A stretch of 64,000 bases of DNA from an uncultured Azospirillum sp. (GTDB lineage: Bacteria; Pseudomonadota; Alphaproteobacteria; RF32; CAG-239), in assembly GCA_947301965.1 (NCBI GenBank), contig CAMYUM010000003.1:30127-94126 (forward strand). Reading direction: 5' to 3'. Under the pieces are notes generated by a model. It was not told where the DNA came from. It was given only the letters and a program-made list of their open reading frames with translations, and did no database searches. Positions 47,918 through 58,884 of the stretch are shown here, one piece after another (the stretch's first letter is position 1; the number at the start of each line of letters is the position of its first letter). The translations under genes and the position numbers were made by a program.

Positions 47918-49732
47918 ATGACAGCAACATTCGATATAAAAAAAGGGTTGGAAATTTTGGAGCAAAATATCAAAATTGCTCCGGAAAAGCCAGGTGTTTA
48001 TCGAATGATTGATGAAAACGAAAAGGTTTTGTATGTCGGCAAGGCTAAAAATATAAAAAAACGTATTGTTGCCTATTCGCGAATCAACCAGTTGCCGGCA
48101 AGATTGCAGCGTATGGTTGCACAAATCAGGCGTATGGAATTTATTATTGTTGAGAGTGAGGCCAAAGCTTTATTGCTCGAAAATGAGCTGATAAAAAAAC
48201 TTGAGCCAAAGTATAACATTTTACTTAAAGATGATAAAACTTTTCCCTACTTAAGCCTTAATCTTAAAGAAGATTTTCCGGTTTTGAAAAAGTATCGCGG
48301 AGCTAAGAAAAACGGGTATAAATATTTTGGTCCGTTTGCCAGCGTCGGTGCGGTTAATGATGTATTGGACCTTTTGCAAAAGGCTTTTTTGCTGCGTTCG
48401 TGCAGTGATGCAAATTTTAGGAATCGCGAACGCCCATGTCTGATGTATCAGATTAAACGTTGTTCGGCACCGTGTGTCGGAAAGATTTCTAAAAAAGATT
48501 ATCGTGCGCTGATAGATGAAGCAGTTCGTTTTCTTGAGGGTAAAAGTACAAATATCCAAGAAGAAATGTCGCAAAAAATGCAGGAAGCCAGCGACAGTTG
48601 TGATTTTGAAACAGCGATGGTTTTTCGTGACAGAATAAGGGCGTTGACCAATGTTCAACAGGAAAAATCAGTGGAATACGGCAATATCAAATCGGCCGAT
48701 GTAGCGGCAATTTATACTGAGCATAATCATTGTTGTATACAAATATTTTTTATCCGCGGCGGGCAGAACTGCGGGAATATGGCGTTTTTTCCGAAACAAA
48801 CCGAAGATGCAAGCCAAAGTGAAATTTTGGGTGCTTTTTTAAGCAGCTTTTATGCATCACATCAATTGCCGGAAGAAGTGATTGTATCAACAGAGCCGGA
48901 AGATAAAGGATTTTTGCAAGAGGCTTTAGGAATAAAGATAAATTTGTATCAACGAGGTATAAAGGCCAAAATAGCAGATAATATCGTACAAAATGCCAAA
49001 GAAGCCTTGGAACGAAAAATTGCTCTTGAAACGTCAATTTTGAATAATTTGAAAGAAATGCAACAGGTGTTCGGGTTGGCAAAAGTGCCGCGACGGATAG
49101 AGGTATATGACAACTCACACATTCAGGGAAGTTATGCCGTCGGGGCGATGATTGTGGCGACGCCGGACGGATTTGATCGTAAGTCTTATCGAACATTCAA
49201 TATTAAAAACAGTGAAATTACAAATGATGATTTTGCAATGATGAAAGAAGTGCTGACCAGAAGGTTTGAAAGCATGAATGAGGCGAATCATCCTGATGTG
49301 ATTTTGCTTGATGGTGGTTTGGGACAATTGCATGCAGTGCATGAGTGTCTGAAAGATTATGATTTGTCCGACATTGCCATAATTGCAATTTCAAAAGGGC
49401 CGGAACGTAATGCCGGAAAAGAATTTTATCATCAAATGGGAAAAGAGAGTTTTGCTTTGCCGTTTCGTTCTCCGCTGGCGTTTTATATGCAAAATATCAG
49501 AGATGAGGCGCATCGTTTTGCAATCGGAACCCATCGCAAAAAACGCGGAAAATCAATGTTTGTATCACAATTGGATGAAATAGAAGGTGTGGGACATGAC
49601 CGCAAAAAGTCGTTGCTTAATCATTTCGGATCAGTTGAGGCAATAAGCCAGGCATCGGTTATGGAATTACAAAAAGTTTCAGGCATAAGCAAAAAAACAG
49701 CGGAAAAGATATTTAACTACTTCCATAAATAA
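47918..49732 (+). CDS. uvrC: excinuclease ABC subunit C
   Basis: GIY-YIG (PGVYRMIDENEKVLYVGKAKNIKKR), UvrBC-interaction, RNase-H-like and C-terminal HhH. Confidence 0.9.
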   Translation: MTATFDIKKGLEILEQNIKIAPEKPGVYRMIDENEKVLYVGKAKNIKKRIVAYSRINQLPARLQRMVAQIRRMEFIIVESEAKALLLENELIKKLEPKYNILLKDDKTFPYLSLNLKEDFPVLKKYRGAKKNGYKYFGPFASVGAVNDVLDLLQKAFLLRSCSDANFRNRERPCLMYQIKRCSAPCVGKISKKDYRALIDEAVRFLEGKSTNIQEEMSQKMQEASDSCDFETAMVFRDRIRALTNVQQEKSVEYGNIKSADVAAIYTEHNHCCIQIFFIRGGQNCGNMAFFPKQTEDASQSEILGAFLSSFYASHQLPEEVIVSTEPEDKGFLQEALGIKINLYQRGIKAKIADNIVQNAKEALERKIALETSILNNLKEMQQVFGLAKVPRRIEVYDNSHIQGSYAVGAMIVATPDGFDRKSYRTFNIKNSEITNDDFAMMKEVLTRRFESMNEANHPDVILLDGGLGQLHAVHECLKDYDLSDIAIIAISKGPERNAGKEFYHQMGKESFALPFRSPLAFYMQNIRDEAHRFAIGTHRKKRGKSMFVSQLDEIEGVGHDRKKSLLNHFGSVEAISQASVMELQKVSGISKKTAEKIFNYFHK

Positions 49733-49785
49733 AATTTATACAATAATATGGTTACAAATGTTAATTAACAGATAGGTGTAAAGCT

Positions 49786-50559
49786 ATGTATAATCTTCCT
49801 AATATTTTGACAATTTCGCGAATTGTCGTTATTCCGGTTATCTTTTTGGCGATATATATTCATTCGGCACTATGGTCGATTTTGGCCGGTGTGCTGTTTG
49901 TGATGGCGTCAATTACAGATTATTTGGACGGATATTTTGCCCGTTCTCGTAACCAAAACTCAGTTTTAGGTCGTTTGCTTGATCCGATTGCCGACAAGCT
50001 TTTGGTAGTTTCGGCCTTGTTGATTATTGTTGCCAATCAAATGGTAAGTCCGATTACATATATTCCGGTGATTATCATTATGTGCCGTGAAGTTTTGGTT
50101 TCGGGTATGCGTGAATTTTTGGCCGAATTTCGTGTCGGAATGCCGGTTACTCGTTTGGCTAAGTGGAAAACAGCCTGCCAAATGACAGCAATTTCGATGA
50201 TTTTGTTGCAAAGATTGTACTTTATTGGCGATGCTGTCGGATTTATCGGTGAATGGTTGCTGTGGATTGCCGGTATTTTGACTTTTGTTACCGGATATCA
50301 ATATTTTGAAAAATGTATTGATTATATTTATACGGTCGAAAACAATAAGAAAAATCCGGTAAAAACGGTTGAGCAGGAAGTAATAAAAATTGCCGAAAGA
50401 GTTAGAACGGTAGTTTCGGAAAAAGTAAAACAACAGGTGCAAAAAAGTAAATCCGCAACTGGTGCAAAAAAGTCGGCATCACACAAAACTTCAGCAAAGA
50501 AAAAGACAAAACGTTCGGTTAAAAAAGTTGCACCAGAGCCAACTGTTGCCGAAAAATAA
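49786..50559 (+). CDS. pgsA: CDP-diacylglycerol--glycerol-3-phosphate 3-phosphatidyltransferase with ~70-aa Lys-rich C-terminal extension
   Basis: CDP-alcohol phosphatidyltransferase motif DYLDGYFAR...G...DPIADK; tail KSKSATGAKKSASHKTSAKKKTKRSVKKVAPEPTVAEK. Confidence 0.85.
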   Translation: MYNLPNILTISRIVVIPVIFLAIYIHSALWSILAGVLFVMASITDYLDGYFARSRNQNSVLGRLLDPIADKLLVVSALLIIVANQMVSPITYIPVIIIMCREVLVSGMREFLAEFRVGMPVTRLAKWKTACQMTAISMILLQRLYFIGDAVGFIGEWLLWIAGILTFVTGYQYFEKCIDYIYTVENNKKNPVKTVEQEVIKIAERVRTVVSEKVKQQVQKSKSATGAKKSASHKTSAKKKTKRSVKKVAPEPTVAEK

Positions 50560-50574
50560 TTTCGGAGTTGGGGC

Positions 50575-51264
50575 ATGATTGATAAAAAAGCCCACATATT
50601 AGCGGTTGACGATGATACCAGATTACGCTCTCTCTTGACAAGATTTTTAAGAGAGAGCGGATTTATGGTTTCTGCAGCAAAGGGAGCAGCGGAAGCCAGG
50701 GAGATGATGCGTCAATATAAATTTGATTTGCTGGTGGTTGATATAATGATGCCGGGCGAAAGCGGTTTGGAATTTTTGGAAAAACTGCGCAAAGAAGATA
50801 CTGTTCCGGTGATTTTGTTGACGGCGATGGGGGCAAGCGGCGACAGAATTAATGGTTTGGAGTGTGGAGCCGATGACTATCTGCCTAAACCGTTCGAACC
50901 AAAAGAGCTGGTTTTGCGGATTAAAAATATTTTAAAGCGCACTCCGCAGGTTGATGAAGCTGCCAACAGCAAACTTAATTTGGGTATGTGCGTGTATGAT
51001 ATGGATAAGAAAGAACTGGCCGATAAACAAGGTCGCATAATCCATATTACGCCGGTTGAACAAGCAATGCTGTCACTTTTGGGACAGAAATCGGGGCAGA
51101 TTTTCAGCCGAGACAGGTTGGCAGAGTTGCTGGGAGCCGGTCAGGGACCTCGTTCGATTGATGTTCAGGTTACAAGACTGCGCAAAAAAATTGAAAAAGA
51201 TTCAAAAAATCCCCGCTATCTGCAGACAGTCAGAGGCAAGGGGTATATGTTGTTGACGGAGTAA
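50575..51264 (+). CDS. OmpR-family response regulator
   Basis: receiver (ILAVDDDTRLRSLL...LLVVDIMMPGESG...) + winged-helix output; close to E. coli OmpR pattern. Confidence 0.85.
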   Translation: MIDKKAHILAVDDDTRLRSLLTRFLRESGFMVSAAKGAAEAREMMRQYKFDLLVVDIMMPGESGLEFLEKLRKEDTVPVILLTAMGASGDRINGLECGADDYLPKPFEPKELVLRIKNILKRTPQVDEAANSKLNLGMCVYDMDKKELADKQGRIIHITPVEQAMLSLLGQKSGQIFSRDRLAELLGAGQGPRSIDVQVTRLRKKIEKDSKNPRYLQTVRGKGYMLLTE

Positions 51265-51277
51265 ACGGAGAAAAGTA

Positions 51278-52648
51278 ATGCATTTAAAGCTTCCAAGTAA
51301 AGTTGACGAGATGTTGAAGTACGTGCGTATTAAGTATATGCCGAAAACATTGTTCTTCAGAACAATGTTGTTGATTTTTATACCGCTGATTGTGGTTCAG
51401 GTGGTTTCAATCGTAGCTTTTTTTGACGGTTCATGGGGAAGGGTCGGACGCAGACTTTCAAGTAATTTGACGTCAAATATGGCATTTACGATGAAATTGG
51501 CAGAAGAAGCTCCGGAGAATATTGACGAAATTCAACGTCTGGCTGAAAAGTATTATGATTTAGGTTTTAAGACTTATAATAATGAAGAAAGGCACGATGT
51601 TATCCGCAAAGTCCGCCGCAATAACAAGATGATTACAGGTTTTTTGGAAGAATCGTTAAATCGTGAATTTCCTGATTATATAACAAGTATTTATTTGAAA
51701 CATTCCAACTTGGTGGTTTTTGTAGAAACACAAAACGGTTTATATGAGTTTACGACAAGTTCCAAAAATATATTTTCAACATCTATTTTCGGATTTATGG
51801 CATGGATGATAGGTACATCATTGCTGTTATTCTTGGTCGCGGTCGGCTTTTTACGTATTCAGGTTCGATCAATCGCAAATTTGGCTGAGGCTGCGGAAGA
51901 TTTTGGTAAAGGTGTTGATAATAAAAACTTTAAACCATACGGTTCATCAGAAGTACGCAAGGCCGGTATTGCTTTTATTAAAATGAAGGAGCGTATTCAA
52001 CGTCAGATCAGTGAACGTACCAGAATGTTGGCGGGGGTTTCTCATGATTTGCGCACACCATTGACAAGAATGCGTTTGCAGCTAGCTTTGTTGCCGGACG
52101 AAAAAAGCAAAGACGGAATCGATAAAGAAGAATTTTTGCAAGATGTGACCGAGATGGAAAAAATGCTTGAGGGTTACCTGTCGTTCGTCAGCGGAGAAGG
52201 CGGAGAAGAACCAACCTTTGTTGATTTGAATGAGATGATTTTGAGCATTATTAATAAATTCAGAACTTCAAACAAAGCCCTGATACGCTACTCTACCAAT
52301 GATCAGGTGAGTGCGGTACAGGGAAGAGAACAAGCATTGAAGAGAGCTTTGAGCAATGTTATCGGAAATGCTTTTAAATATGCTAAAACGATTGCGGTGA
52401 ACTTGGAAAGTGTCGGTAATAAGGTAGAGGTTATCGTAGACGATGACGGACCGGGAATTCCGGAAGATAAGCGTGAAGATGTGTTTAAGGCGTTTTATCG
52501 TCTTGAAGAATCGCGTAATAAAGAGACCGGAGGCGTCGGTCTGGGACTTTCGATTGCCAAAGATGTGATTACATCTCACGGCGGAAACATTGAACTGCAA
52601 GATTCACCAATGGGAGGCTTGAGGGTACTCATTAGTATTCCCTTATAA
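51278..52648 (+). CDS. EnvZ-like sensor histidine kinase
   Basis: two TM, HAMP, H-box SHDLRTPLTRMRL, G2 box GGVGLGLSI; start could be 51311. Confidence 0.85.
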   Translation: MHLKLPSKVDEMLKYVRIKYMPKTLFFRTMLLIFIPLIVVQVVSIVAFFDGSWGRVGRRLSSNLTSNMAFTMKLAEEAPENIDEIQRLAEKYYDLGFKTYNNEERHDVIRKVRRNNKMITGFLEESLNREFPDYITSIYLKHSNLVVFVETQNGLYEFTTSSKNIFSTSIFGFMAWMIGTSLLLFLVAVGFLRIQVRSIANLAEAAEDFGKGVDNKNFKPYGSSEVRKAGIAFIKMKERIQRQISERTRMLAGVSHDLRTPLTRMRLQLALLPDEKSKDGIDKEEFLQDVTEMEKMLEGYLSFVSGEGGEEPTFVDLNEMILSIINKFRTSNKALIRYSTNDQVSAVQGREQALKRALSNVIGNAFKYAKTIAVNLESVGNKVEVIVDDDGPGIPEDKREDVFKAFYRLEESRNKETGGVGLGLSIAKDVITSHGGNIELQDSPMGGLRVLISIPL

Positions 52649-52744
52649 TTCGCATGTCCGAAAATATGTTTTTCGTTAAGTGAACATTCGGTGTTGAATT
52701 AAATTATTATACCAGATAATAAAAAAACTTTAGAGGAAGTCAAA

Positions 52745-53635
52745 ATGGCCGAAGAAGAAGAGTTGGATATTGAGTTGAATGATGCCGCGGATAAAGATCA
52801 TGAGGTTGAGGAGATCAATCTTGATGATGTTAAAGATGCCGGGCTTGATGACTTTTTAAAAGAGGTTGATTCTAAAGAAGACCTGCCTGATATAAATTAT
52901 CAGGATGAGGTGGCGCATACCTCTTACAGTGATGATGTTGCCGCTTTGTCAGAGGCAACTGAAGCTGATTTTGCCAATTTGAATCTCAATGACTTTAATG
53001 CAGCTCTTGATTCATATAAAGCGGCAAGGTCCGGAAAAGTGTCGACGGCATCAGTTGCTACGGACGATGTTGCGCAAATTGATGTGCCGACAGATAACGG
53101 TGTTGCGGCAGAAGACGAAGATCCGATAACTTATGAACAGGAGCGGGAGTTTACGGTCGAGGCCGATAATACAGATAAGAAAGAAGAAAGTGAGGTTTCC
53201 GCATCCGCAGCCGAAAATGAAGAATCGAAAGAGGCCGTTGAGGAGCTGCCGATTGAAGAAGAAAGTTTTGATGATTTGCCGGTCATTAAAAACAAAGATG
53301 ATGCCGGACAGGAAATTATGAACTGGTACAGCGGTTCATTGAAGGATAAGACATATAAAATATCGGACAATGATATGCCGGAGTTTTTGGATGGAGACAG
53401 AACTACCCGGGTTATCCATGTTAGTGTTGAGTCTCCGTATGGATGGAATGTGTTTTTTGATAACGGGATGTTTATGAGTTTACGCGATGTGAAGGAATAT
53501 CAGGAGCGTCATGGTGAGTTGCCTTGTCAGGAAGGAAAAATTATTTATGGTGACAAAACCTGTTCGTTTGAACAAATTCTTAAAATTGTGGTGTATGAGC
53601 AACCGCGATATTTTTCGTATCAAGTAAAACAATAA
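52745..53635 (+). CDS. acidic, probably intrinsically disordered protein (N-terminal ~200 aa D/E-rich) with ~100-aa C-terminal folded domain
   Basis: MAEEEELDIELNDAADKDHEVEEINLDD...; no TM/signal. Confidence 0.55.
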   Translation: MAEEEELDIELNDAADKDHEVEEINLDDVKDAGLDDFLKEVDSKEDLPDINYQDEVAHTSYSDDVAALSEATEADFANLNLNDFNAALDSYKAARSGKVSTASVATDDVAQIDVPTDNGVAAEDEDPITYEQEREFTVEADNTDKKEESEVSASAAENEESKEAVEELPIEEESFDDLPVIKNKDDAGQEIMNWYSGSLKDKTYKISDNDMPEFLDGDRTTRVIHVSVESPYGWNVFFDNGMFMSLRDVKEYQERHGELPCQEGKIIYGDKTCSFEQILKIVVYEQPRYFSYQVKQ

Positions 53636-53649
53636 ATGAATTATGATAC

Positions 53650-53682
53650 AAAAAAGACCACCTTTGCGGTGGTCTTTTTTTG
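53650..53682. terminator. bidirectional terminator (AGACCACC-tttgc-GGTGGTCT + T7)
   Basis: perfect 8-bp stem between convergent genes. Confidence 0.8.
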
Positions 53683-53696
53683 TGTATGTTGATAAT

Positions 53697-54560
53697 TTAT
53701 TTGCGGTTGATCGGAAATACCTGAACCCCGTTTGTCGGCTTTGATGCGTCCTCAGAACTCATCGGAGCCTGCATATATTCATCAGCCTTCTTTTGGGCTT
53801 TAGTCTTTTCTTCCGGAGCCACAAAGTTGGCTTTGAGCGGATAGGACATGTTGGGTAAACGCAAAAGCATATACCCGCTTCCGCCACCGTAAGCAGGGCC
53901 GGAAAGACCGATTGAGTAGTAACCGCCGATAAAGCCGTAATCAAGATCAATGTAGTCAACCAGGAACAAGGTTTTAATTGTGGTTGTGCCGATGGTGGTC
54001 ATTTTACATTGATAACCATTGTCTTCCATTACAATATTATCGGTATTTTTGACAAACATGAGGGTGCGATCCGGAGCACAATCCGGGGTTTGCCCGTTGT
54101 AGGTAACATTATAATTGAGTACCAGTTTAATTGATGAAGAGCCTTTGGAAATATGAACATCGCTGATCTTTACATAATCGATGTACATATATGCCGGAGT
54201 AATACCGACAGTAATAGGCAGGGATATATAATTCATGTAGCAGTTGTGACCGCCGGTATCAGCGGTACAAAGCAATGCACGTTGGTTGTTGTTGTTTTGC
54301 ATCAGCTGTACAAGACTGTTGTATATATATTCTTTTGACATGGACAGTTTGAGCGGAGCGCATTGTTTGGCGCGGCAAACAACAATATTACGCGGCATTT
54401 GCAACGGTGTCATATAAACGCTGCGTTTAGTGGCATCAGCACGATTTTGGCTGTCAAAAGGGTCGTTTAATACTTGTTGCAAACTGCGGTTCCAAAAACT
54501 GCAGTTGCTGGCGGTAAACAGGATTAAACCAAACAAGGCAAACGCTTTCAACCTAGACAC
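53697..54560 (-). CDS. secreted/lipo-protein, Cys-rich (287 aa), unknown function
   Basis: signal peptide LFGLILFTASNC; 10+ Cys; Gly-rich GGYYSIGLSGPAYGGGSGY segment. Confidence 0.55.
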   Translation of the reverse strand: MSRLKAFALFGLILFTASNCSFWNRSLQQVLNDPFDSQNRADATKRSVYMTPLQMPRNIVVCRAKQCAPLKLSMSKEYIYNSLVQLMQNNNNQRALLCTADTGGHNCYMNYISLPITVGITPAYMYIDYVKISDVHISKGSSSIKLVLNYNVTYNGQTPDCAPDRTLMFVKNTDNIVMEDNGYQCKMTTIGTTTIKTLFLVDYIDLDYGFIGGYYSIGLSGPAYGGGSGYMLLRLPNMSYPLKANFVAPEEKTKAQKKADEYMQAPMSSEDASKPTNGVQVFPINRK

Positions 54561-54711
54561 GACTTTGAATCCTTTAACAATTAATCTAAAACTGAACTTA
54601 TAATAAGATAAAAAACATAAACTACCAAGTATTTTTTAAGTTTATTAAATGATAATTTAGAGTTTGCATATTTCGGGCGGTTAATTTATACTCTCGGCAA
54701 GGAGTTTGAAT

Positions 54712-55215
54712 ATGTGGAAAATATTGAGAGGGTTAATTTTTGCTGTATTGGTACTTGGGGTCTGGTATCTCGGCTTTAAGGAGAACACCATAACGGTAAA
54801 TGCCAATGAGAAAATTAAGGTTGTGGACGGAGACAGCTTGGAACTGGGGCGCCGAAGAATAAGGTTGTTGGGAATCGACTCGCCGGAATATGTGCAGGAT
54901 TGTTATGATAAACAACATAAAAAATATTCTTGCGGGATTAAGGCAAAAAAATATATGGAAAAACTGATTGCTCAAGGAAACGTTGAGTGCCGTGAGGTGT
55001 CAAAGGACAGATATGAGCGCAGTTTGTCGGTATGTTATTCCGGCAGTCAGAATTTGAATGAGGAAATGGTGCGGGCAGGCTGGGCGGTGGCATATCGTGA
55101 CGAGGAGGGGCTTTATGATCGTGCCGAAGAAGAAGCTAAAGAGTACAAACGCGGTATTTGGCAAGGAAAATTTATGCGCCCGGAGCTGTTTCGGTTCAAA
55201 AACCGGCGTGAATAG
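54712..55215 (+). CDS. staphylococcal-nuclease-like (thermonuclease/SNase fold) protein with N-terminal TM anchor
   Basis: VVDGDSLEL...IRLLGIDSPE...GWAVAY...EEAKEYKRGIW motifs; AAGGAGT RBS, ATG 54712. Confidence 0.75.
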   Translation: MWKILRGLIFAVLVLGVWYLGFKENTITVNANEKIKVVDGDSLELGRRRIRLLGIDSPEYVQDCYDKQHKKYSCGIKAKKYMEKLIAQGNVECREVSKDRYERSLSVCYSGSQNLNEEMVRAGWAVAYRDEEGLYDRAEEEAKEYKRGIWQGKFMRPELFRFKNRRE

Positions 55216-55237
55216 TTAATTTTTATTGAAAATGTTG

Positions 55238-55265
55238 TTGACAGCAAAAAAAACTTATGTATATT
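55238..55265 (+). promoter_or_regulatory. sigma70-like promoter TTGACA-16/17-TATATT upstream of rplU-rpmA-obg
   Basis: TTGACA 55238-55243; TATATT 55260-55265. Confidence 0.45.
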
Positions 55266-55314
55266 GCAAACAACGTTTTGTGTTTAAATAATCAAAATAA
55301 ATTAGGTGAATAAA

Positions 55315-55611
55315 ATGTACGCAGTAATTAGAACAGGCGGAAAACAATATAAAGTAACCACCGGCGACGTTATAAAAATCGAAAAAATTGCCGGCGAAGA
55401 AGGCGGAAAAGTTGTTTTCGGCGAAGTGTTAGCAAAAGACGGTGTAGTCGGCACTCCATTGGTTGCCGGTGCATCGGTTAATGCAACCATTGTTAAACAG
55501 GCTAAGGCTGACAAAGTCGTTGTCTTCAAAAAGAAAAGAAGACAAAACTATCGTCGTAAAAACGGCCACAGACAGAATATTACTATCGTTAAAATCGGCG
55601 AAATCGCCTAA
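55315..55611 (+). CDS. rplU: 50S ribosomal protein L21
   Basis: MYAVIRTGGKQYKV signature; AGGTGA RBS. Confidence 0.9.
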   Translation: MYAVIRTGGKQYKVTTGDVIKIEKIAGEEGGKVVFGEVLAKDGVVGTPLVAGASVNATIVKQAKADKVVVFKKKRRQNYRRKNGHRQNITIVKIGEIA

Positions 55612-55640
55612 TCGGTAGAGAGTTATAGAGGAGAGAAGTT

Positions 55641-55892
55641 ATGGCACACAAGAAGTCAGGTGGTAGCAGCGATAACGGACGCGATACCGAAGGCCGTCGT
55701 CTGGGTTTGAAAAAATCAGGCGGTCAGGCTGTTATTGCGGGTAACATCATTATCCGTCAACGCGGTACCAAATATCATCCGGGTGAAAATGTCGGCATGG
55801 GTAAAGACCATACAATTTTTGCTTTGGTTGAAGGAAAAGTTGCTTTCAGAAAGTCCGGCGATAAGACTTTTGTTTCGGTTGTTACCGAGTAA
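55641..55892 (+). CDS. rpmA: 50S ribosomal protein L27
   Basis: [10 protein letters not shown]...[17 protein letters not shown] signature. Confidence 0.9.
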   Translation: MAHKKSGGSSDNGRDTEGRRLGLKKSGGQAVIAGNIIIRQRGTKYHPGENVGMGKDHTIFALVEGKVAFRKSGDKTFVSVVTE

Positions 55893-55963
55893 TAGATACA
55901 GTCTTTATGGTGGAGGGGGCTTGAAAGCCCCCTTTGCTTTATGTTAGAAAGAATGTTGAGTAA

Positions 55964-57019
<1,056 letters not shown>

Positions 57020-57037
57020 TCAGAGAGGGTTGGAAAA

Positions 57038-57388
57038 TTGGTAAAGAAAAAAGAAGAAGATAAGATTTTGAAAATTGTTGAAGAATCGCTTGATGACGGT
57101 AAAGCGGAAGATGTTACTGTTATTGATTTGCGCGGCAAAACTTCAATTGCAAACGAGATGGTGGTTGCTTCGGGAACATCAGACCGTCATGTGATTTCTT
57201 TGGCACAAAGAGTGCAGGAAAACCTGAAAGCTGCCGGTTACAGATCTGTAAGCGAAGGTGAAAATAAGGGGGATTGGGTGCTGATAGATGCTTATGATGT
57301 TATTGTTCATATATTCAGACCCGAGGTTCGCGAATTTTATAATCTCGAAAAAATGTGGAACGCGGTAGCAAATCTGCGTGAAGAGTAA
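57038..57388 (+). CDS. rsfS: ribosomal silencing factor RsfS (Iojap-like)
   Basis: DVTVIDL...MVVASGTSDRHV...DWVLIDAYDVIVHIF. Confidence 0.8.
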   Translation: MVKKKEEDKILKIVEESLDDGKAEDVTVIDLRGKTSIANEMVVASGTSDRHVISLAQRVQENLKAAGYRSVSEGENKGDWVLIDAYDVIVHIFRPEVREFYNLEKMWNAVANLREE

Positions 57389-57390
57389 AT

Positions 57391-57831
57391 ATGAAGGTTA
57401 CGATTGCGGCAATCGGAAAATGTAAGAAGGGTTCTCCGGAAAGAACGTTGGTAGATGAATATATCAAGCGTTCAACTTGGGATGTGACAATAAAAGAAGC
57501 AGACAACTCCAATCAAGATGACGAAGCCAAATTTTTGCAGGCGGCAGTTCCGCATGGTGCAAAAGTGATAGTGCTTGATGAGCGCGGTGTAAATATTAAA
57601 AGTATTGAGTTGGCGGCAAAAATTGCAGATTGGCAACTGAATGGGTGCTCCGAAATTTGTTTTTTAATCGGCGGAGCTGACGGGCATTTGCAGTCAACCA
57701 GAGATAAAGCTGATTTAATCTTATCATTTGGTAAACTGACTTTGCCTCATATGTTAATGAGGGCAGTGTTGGCGGAGCAGATCTATCGAATTCAAACGAT
57801 AATTGCCGGTCACCCGTATCACCGGGAATAA
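57391..57831 (+). CDS. rlmH: 23S rRNA (pseudouridine1915-N3)-methyltransferase RlmH (SPOUT)
   Basis: MKVTIAAIGK...GGADGH...SFGKLTLPHMLMRAVLAEQIYR. Confidence 0.8.
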   Translation: MKVTIAAIGKCKKGSPERTLVDEYIKRSTWDVTIKEADNSNQDDEAKFLQAAVPHGAKVIVLDERGVNIKSIELAAKIADWQLNGCSEICFLIGGADGHLQSTRDKADLILSFGKLTLPHMLMRAVLAEQIYRIQTIIAGHPYHRE

Positions 57832-57834
57832 TTT

Positions 57835-58884
57835 TTAGTTATAGACCTGCAAATTAAAGACATTTGCCAATACAAACAGTGAAATGTAACAAATTAATGC
57901 ACTGATTATCGGGGTGGCAATCCAACCGATTATGATTTTGCCGATTAAATGCCAGTTGATGGAACTTCCGCCCTTTATTAGTCCGATAGCCATGACAGCA
58001 CCGATTACGGCTTGAGAACTGGATACCGGAACCAGCGGAATAGCAGGGAAATTGTGCGAGATTAAAAATTCGTGCAAGGCAGGAGAGGCAAACAAGAATA
58101 AGACTAAAGATTGTGAGATAACAACAATCCAAGCGGCAATAGGACTCATTTGCATAATGTTGCGTCCGACGGTAGCCATGGTTTTGTGTGAATAAGTAAA
58201 AATACCGATGGCAACAGCTATGGCTCCGAGCATGAACAAAACCTGTTCAGGTGATAATGAGAATCCATAAGGTAAAGGCAAACTGTGAAGCATATTGGCG
58301 CCGACAAACACACCCATAACATTAGCAATATTGTTTGCACCCAAGGCGTAGGCTCCGAAGGCACCGGCAATAATGAGACCGATGCGGGTATATGTATCTT
58401 GAGTAAGCAAAGATACGCAATGCAGCTTCAGAAACATTTTGGTGAGATAATAAATTATGATTGCAAAAATTCCTGACAGAATCGGACAGAGAATCCAAGT
58501 TGATGCAATGGTTGATACAAGAGATAAGTCAGTAGGTTTGGCACTGTAGATGTTCCAACCGATAATGGCTCCTACAATGGCTTGTGAACTGGAAGTCAAA
58601 ATCCGCGAACGTACCATCAGATAAATTGTAAAGGCAGCGGCAAGTTCGGCCATAAAAGCACCGGGGAGGGCGTTGATGTTACCCAATCGATTGAGGGTGT
58701 TGGCGGCACCGCTTCCGGCCAAAACCGCACCGAGAACAACAAATACGGAGGCAATAATTGCGGCGGTTTTAAAGCGCAACATTCTGGTGCCGACGGCAGT
58801 GCCGAATATGTTGGCTCCATCGTTGGCTCCTAATGACCAGCCGAGAAAAAGTCCGCTACTTAAGAAAAAAAGAAACGCTCCCAT
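57835..58884 (-). CDS. inorganic phosphate transporter, PiT/PHO4 family
   Basis: duplicated GANDGANIFGTAVG / GANNIANVMG motifs; 10+ TM. Confidence 0.85.
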   Translation of the reverse strand: MGAFLFFLSSGLFLGWSLGANDGANIFGTAVGTRMLRFKTAAIIASVFVVLGAVLAGSGAANTLNRLGNINALPGAFMAELAAAFTIYLMVRSRILTSSSQAIVGAIIGWNIYSAKPTDLSLVSTIASTWILCPILSGIFAIIIYYLTKMFLKLHCVSLLTQDTYTRIGLIIAGAFGAYALGANNIANVMGVFVGANMLHSLPLPYGFSLSPEQVLFMLGAIAVAIGIFTYSHKTMATVGRNIMQMSPIAAWIVVISQSLVLFLFASPALHEFLISHNFPAIPLVPVSSSQAVIGAVMAIGLIKGGSSINWHLIGKIIIGWIATPIISALICYISLFVLANVFNLQVYN

